Below, piece after piece: positions 57,955 to 64,000 of a stretch of DNA of 64,000 bases; position 1 is the first letter of the stretch, and each line of letters opens with the position of its first letter. The translations under genes and the position numbers were made by a program. This DNA is from an uncultured Acidobacteriota bacterium. GTDB taxonomy: Bacteria; Acidobacteriota; Thermoanaerobaculia; Multivoradales; UBA5704. The stretch lies in contig CAVYRF010000002.1 in assembly GCA_963770895.1 (NCBI GenBank), positions 5,600,001-5,664,000 of the forward strand, given 5' to 3'. The notes under the pieces are model-generated. The model was given only the letters and a program-made list of their open reading frames with translations, ran no database searches and had not been told where the DNA came from.

Positions 57955-58671
57955 TCAGGGCTGCTGCGGCGGCTGGCGCAGATCGCGCTGGAAGCGCGGA
58001 TCGATCTCGGGGGTGTCGAACTCGTCGCTCAAGCCGGTCACGGAGAGGAGCTGACCCGGCGCGAGGCCGCTCAGGTCGATGCCCGTCGAGGTGTTGACGA
58101 AGATGCGTATGGGGCCTGAGCCGTCGTCGAGCAGCACCTGGGTGCCGAAGGGCGGGTCGGGCGCCAGGGGCTGGGTGATCACTCCGACAACCCGGACCAG
58201 CAGGCCCTGGTTAGCGGTGCCGACGCTACCGGTGCGCAGCCAGAGGGGCCTCACCCTGTGCCCACGGCCGCGGACCTCCACGTCGGCGGTGGTCGCGGGC
58301 ACGAGGATCAGGAAGCCATTGCTGTCCGCGAGCTTACCGGTGACCAGGACCCGCTGGCGCAGGTTGAGGCCGAGGTTCGTCGCAACGCTCACGTAGATTC
58401 CGCCGGTGCCGTCCTGGATGGCGAAGCCCTGGTCGAGGCTGCCGCCGGAGGAGAGCAATCCCGAGGGGACTGTGACCGACCCTTCGACTGTGACCACGGT
58501 CCCCAGCGACAGTGCGCGGGCGGCGCCGATCTCCATCGGCAGCGGCTCGTGCGCCGCGCTCGGGGCAGCTGCTGGAGAGACTGCGGAGACCGCGGGGGCC
58601 GCGGCGAAGGCGACACAAACGGCGAGGCAGCCTGCGGCTCGCCTGGCGATGGCTGGCAGCATTGGGGTCAT
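57955..58671 (-). CDS. Secreted tandem OB-fold protein
   Basis: Signal peptide; VTVEGSVT...FAIQDGTGGIYV and LLDDGSGPIRIFV...LSVTGL. Confidence 0.75.
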   Translation of the reverse strand: MTPMLPAIARRAAGCLAVCVAFAAAPAVSAVSPAAAPSAAHEPLPMEIGAARALSLGTVVTVEGSVTVPSGLLSSGGSLDQGFAIQDGTGGIYVSVATNLGLNLRQRVLVTGKLADSNGFLILVPATTADVEVRGRGHRVRPLWLRTGSVGTANQGLLVRVVGVITQPLAPDPPFGTQVLLDDGSGPIRIFVNTSTGIDLSGLAPGQLLSVTGLSDEFDTPEIDPRFQRDLRQPPQQP

Positions 58672-58997
58672 GGGGGCTCCTTTCGCCTCGAGCTCTCTTT
58701 GCGAGAGCGGTTCCGCGGCGCGCTCGGGGAGCCGTGCGCGCTTCTGCACTTCGATAGAGAGGCAATCGTCATATTACTACGAGCCATAAGGTTTTGAAAT
58801 CCCGGGAAGCGAGTGCAGCCGGTTGAAGTGATGGTGTCGAAGACGCCCGCGAGCTCCAGATGGAGGTCATGGGAGGGGGAGCCGTTGTTGTACGGGCGGT
58901 CAAGTCGCAGGGACGCTGACTGACGGGTGTCACTCCCCCGAGAAGAACCATTGCATGAACTTCTCGGCGACGTCGGGCGTCAGCTCCTGGATGGCGC

Positions 58998-59393
58998 TCA
59001 GACCATTTTGATTTCGATCAGGCCAGCGAGAGGAACAAAGGCATCCTGGTCGCGGGAGTAGAGGACCAGGCCGTGGGCGAATGCCGTGGCGGCGATCCAT
59101 AGATCCATGACCCTGGATCTCGGCTGGTGCCCGGCGAGCTTGACGGTATGAGCAATGCGCGCGAAGGCGCGGGCCACCGACGCATCGATCAGAATGGGTT
59201 GGAAGCCCGCTTCCACTTGACCGAGGCGCAGCAGGCGGTGCTGCCTGGTTTGGTCATCCCTGGCGGCAAGCACTCCGTAGTGCAACTCGGCGAGGGTTGC
59301 CACTGAGATTGCGGCTTCGTCGGGTAGGCCTTCGAGCCGCAATTGGTCGGGGTGAGCGATGAGGACGGAGGTATCGAGAAGTCCCCGGTTCAC
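58998..59393 (-). CDS. vapC: VapC PIN-domain toxin
   Basis: LLDTSVLI, ISVATLAEL, DLWIAATA...LYSRD; GTGA overlap with the antitoxin stop. Confidence 0.92.
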   Translation of the reverse strand: MNRGLLDTSVLIAHPDQLRLEGLPDEAAISVATLAELHYGVLAARDDQTRQHRLLRLGQVEAGFQPILIDASVARAFARIAHTVKLAGHQPRSRVMDLWIAATAFAHGLVLYSRDQDAFVPLAGLIEIKMV

Positions 59394-59650
59394 TCGCGCT
59401 CCCACCGGGCGGCGGGATCTTCCAACGCACCGGATAGCTCAGACACGTCATCGAAGAAGCGGGGATCGCGCACTCCGGCGAGCAACATCGGCAGGTACGC
59501 TGTCTTGTTCACCCATTGCCGGCGTGGCAAGGGGCCAAGCTCGGCCACGGGTCTGCCGCCCACCGTGATCGTCAGCTGCTCACCTGCTTCGGCGCGCCGC
59601 AGCATTTCTCCGCTGTGGTTCCTGAGTTCACGATGAGGAATCGTTGCCAT
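59390..59650 (-). CDS. Phd/YefM-family antitoxin
   Basis: IPHRELRNHSGEMLRRAEAGE.LTIT..GRPVAEL. Confidence 0.92.
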   Translation of the reverse strand: MATIPHRELRNHSGEMLRRAEAGEQLTITVGGRPVAELGPLPRRQWVNKTAYLPMLLAGVRDPRFFDDVSELSGALEDPAARWERE

Positions 59651-59658
59651 GGGCCAAC

Positions 59659-59676
59659 CGTAGCACAAATGCTACG
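59659..59676. promoter_or_regulatory. Palindromic operator of the Phd-VapC operon
   Basis: CGTAGCA-caaa-TGCTACG lies 8 bp upstream of the antitoxin start. Confidence 0.7.
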
Positions 59677-59815
59677 CAGGTAGCGGGCACGCTTGGCGCG
59701 TAGTGGAGCAGCGAGATGAAGTACGGCCGTTTAGCCGGGTGCGACTCACCGTGGTCCGCCGCCCGTCGCGGCTCGGCTTTGCGGCCATGAGTAGGCGCGC
59801 GGGCGGGGCGGCCGC

Positions 59816-60004
59816 TCACTGCGGCGGCGGGCCTGCCTGACGGCTGCCGAATTTCTTTGCTGCCCCGGCGACGCCGAGGCCGAGCAGGACCACCACGCCG
59901 GCGCCGATCCAGTGGCTCGGCATATGCGCCAGGCTGGCAGCCCAGGCAAGGCCGGCTACGGCAATCACGAAACCAACAAGATAAATGACGCTCGTCGAGG
60001 ACAT
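59816..60004 (-). CDS. Small two-TM protein
   Basis: AGGAGG RBS; MSSTSVIYLVGFVIAVAGLAWAA...WIGAGVVVLLGLGV. Confidence 0.75.
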   Translation of the reverse strand: MSSTSVIYLVGFVIAVAGLAWAASLAHMPSHWIGAGVVVLLGLGVAGAAKKFGSRQAGPPPQ

Positions 60005-60280
60005 CGCCACCTCCTGCGACGCGAGCTTTGCATTCCGCACGCCAACTTGCGGGCTTTGCATCGCCTTCCACAGGCTTGCGGTTTCCCTGCTATTGCGCTA
60101 CTTAGGAACTGTGTGCGCCACTGTGGGAACCGAGGTGCGCTGGCTGGCGATCTCGACGATACCCACCTGCGGCACCCACTCTGCGGCTCAGTTCATCTGC
60201 ACCACCTGAGTCGAGAAGAGCCAAAGCTGGCCTGAGCCGCTGCTCTCCGCATCCCTGAGACACTAGACTGCCGCGGGGAG

Positions 60281-62734
<2,454 letters not shown>

Positions 62735-62932
62735 CGGGAGGTCGTCCGCCGATCCCGTCGGCGTCAGGGAGCCCCGGCGTCAGGGCGGGAAGGCGGAGTT
62801 GTCCAGGCCTCCGTTCCCGAATGGCAATTGGGCGGTGGTCGCGGAACCAGTGCTGTACGGCACCCTTCCATCGGAAGAAGGCTTCGTGCCACCGCGCATC
62901 CGGCGCGGACCGGCGCCGAAGCGAGGACTGCC

Positions 62933-63082
62933 ATGAAAAAGCGGGCCCTGAAGCTCAGCCTCAACAGCGAAACGGTGCGTGGCCTCAACACCCAGACCGA
63001 CCTGCGTCCCGTCGCCGGCGGCTCGCAGAACCACACGCTGTGCGGCCTCCAGACCGGCTGCGCGTACTCCTGCGAGTGCTAG
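62933..63082 (+). CDS. Putative RiPP precursor peptide (49 aa, double-glycine leader, Cys-rich core)
   Basis: GAGGA RBS; MKKRALKLSLNSETVRGLNTQTDLRPVAGG-SQNHTLCGLQTGCAYSCEC. Confidence 0.8.
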   Translation: MKKRALKLSLNSETVRGLNTQTDLRPVAGGSQNHTLCGLQTGCAYSCEC

Positions 63083-63274
63083 TTCGCACCTTCCCCTCGC
63101 ATTGATCGATCCGTCTGTCGCCGCATCCGCCGCACCCGCCCTGCTCGCCACACGCGGGCTGGACGGGTGCGGCAGCGGATGCTTCGCCGGGTGACCTGCC
63201 CGGCGGCGTCCGCGGCGCGGCCCTTGCGGGTAGAATCCCGGAAAACTGCGGGGTGGTCGGTCGCGGAGGGATAG

Positions 63275-64000
63275 GTGGGATTGGCGCTGTTCGAACGTCT
63301 CGGATTTGGCTGGCAGCTGTTCGATGCCCTGGCGGCGGTCGAGACGGCTTCGGTGATGACGGGCCGCATCGTGGCCGGCGTCGGCGGTCGGGAGGAGAGC
63401 TTTCTGGCCGCGGTCGAGAAGGAGATCTGGCAGGCCAGCCGGCCGCCCTATCGGGCTCTGCTCGAGATCGCCGGCTGGGATCCGGCTCGCATCCGGGGCG
63501 CGGTTGCCGAGCACGGCCTGGAGACGACGCTCGAACGAATGGCGCGCGATGGTGTGACCCTGGAGGCCGACGAGGTCAAGGGCCGCAAGCCGGTGGTGCG
63601 GCAGGGCCGAACGGTCGCCTTCCGGGATGCCGATCTTGCATCCCTTCATGGCCCGGCGGTCCCCCTGGTGACCAGCGGCACCAGCGGCTCGCGGGTCGTC
63701 TATCCGATCGATCTCGCCGGGTTCCGGCTGCAAGCGTCCTATCTGCCGGTGATGCTGGAGGCGCTCGGCGCCGACGGCCTGCCCCTGGTGCTCTACTACC
63801 CGGCGGCCTCGACTGCCGGCAATGCCCACCTGATCGCCTTCGCTCTGGCCGGCAGGCCTCCCGCGGCCTGGTTTTGCCATCTGCAGCAGTCCTCGGGCGC
63901 TCTTTCCCAGTGGCGACTGTGGTTCCGCGGCCTGGTGGCCGCGGCGCGCTTGCGGGGCGTCGTGCTGCCGTCGCCGCAGGTGGCAGACGTCGAGAGCCCG
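63275..64000 (+). CDS. Adenylate-forming (PaaK-like/ANL) protein, 3'-truncated
   Basis: GTG after GGAGG; frame open to the window end; VTSGTSG P-loop-like motif. Absent from the supplied ORF track because it has no stop in the window. Confidence 0.65.
   Translation, partial: MGLALFERLGFGWQLFDALAAVETASVMTGRIVAGVGGREESFLAAVEKEIWQASRPPYRALLEIAGWDPARIRGAVAEHGLETTLERMARDGVTLEADEVKGRKPVVRQGRTVAFRDADLASLHGPAVPLVTSGTSGSRVVYPIDLAGFRLQASYLPVMLEALGADGLPLVLYYPAASTAGNAHLIAFALAGRPPAAWFCHLQQSSGALSQWRLWFRGLVAAARLRGVVLPSPQVADVESP

Overview
Very GC-rich bacterial window. The two ADOP-type permeases and the peptide leader style suggest Acidobacteriota, which is an inference. It has three parts. (1) 1-36759: the 3' part of a translationally coupled hybrid PKS-NRPS cluster. 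It contains a 5'-truncated type I PKS, a 2-module NRPS (predicted Dab-Dab) and a 3-module NRPS with TE (predicted Ser-X-Ala) that has an APH/RdoA-type kinase fused in front of its docking domain. These are followed by a PvdE/SyrD-type exporter, a GT-A-like unknown protein, an ADOP permease and a PvdQ/penicillin-acylase-like Ntn hydrolase. (2) 39532-52558: a 13 kb island integrated in tRNA-Leu(CAA), bounded by a 57-bp att repeat. It encodes a tyrosine integrase, an excisionase-like protein, a rolling-circle HUH Rep, a HEPN/TIGR02391 protein and a secreted HNH protein. It also holds an IS630 and a 5 kb IS1595-family cargo transposon (25-bp IRs, 8-bp TSD) carrying SymE and a membrane-anchored degenerate CHAT protein. 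(3) 52.6-64 kb: accessory genes (TonB-C protein, HigBA, Phd-VapC, FG-GAP protein), a second ADOP permease, a Cys-rich double-glycine RiPP-like precursor and a 3'-truncated adenylate-forming enzyme. All calls come from reading motifs by eye; no searches were run.
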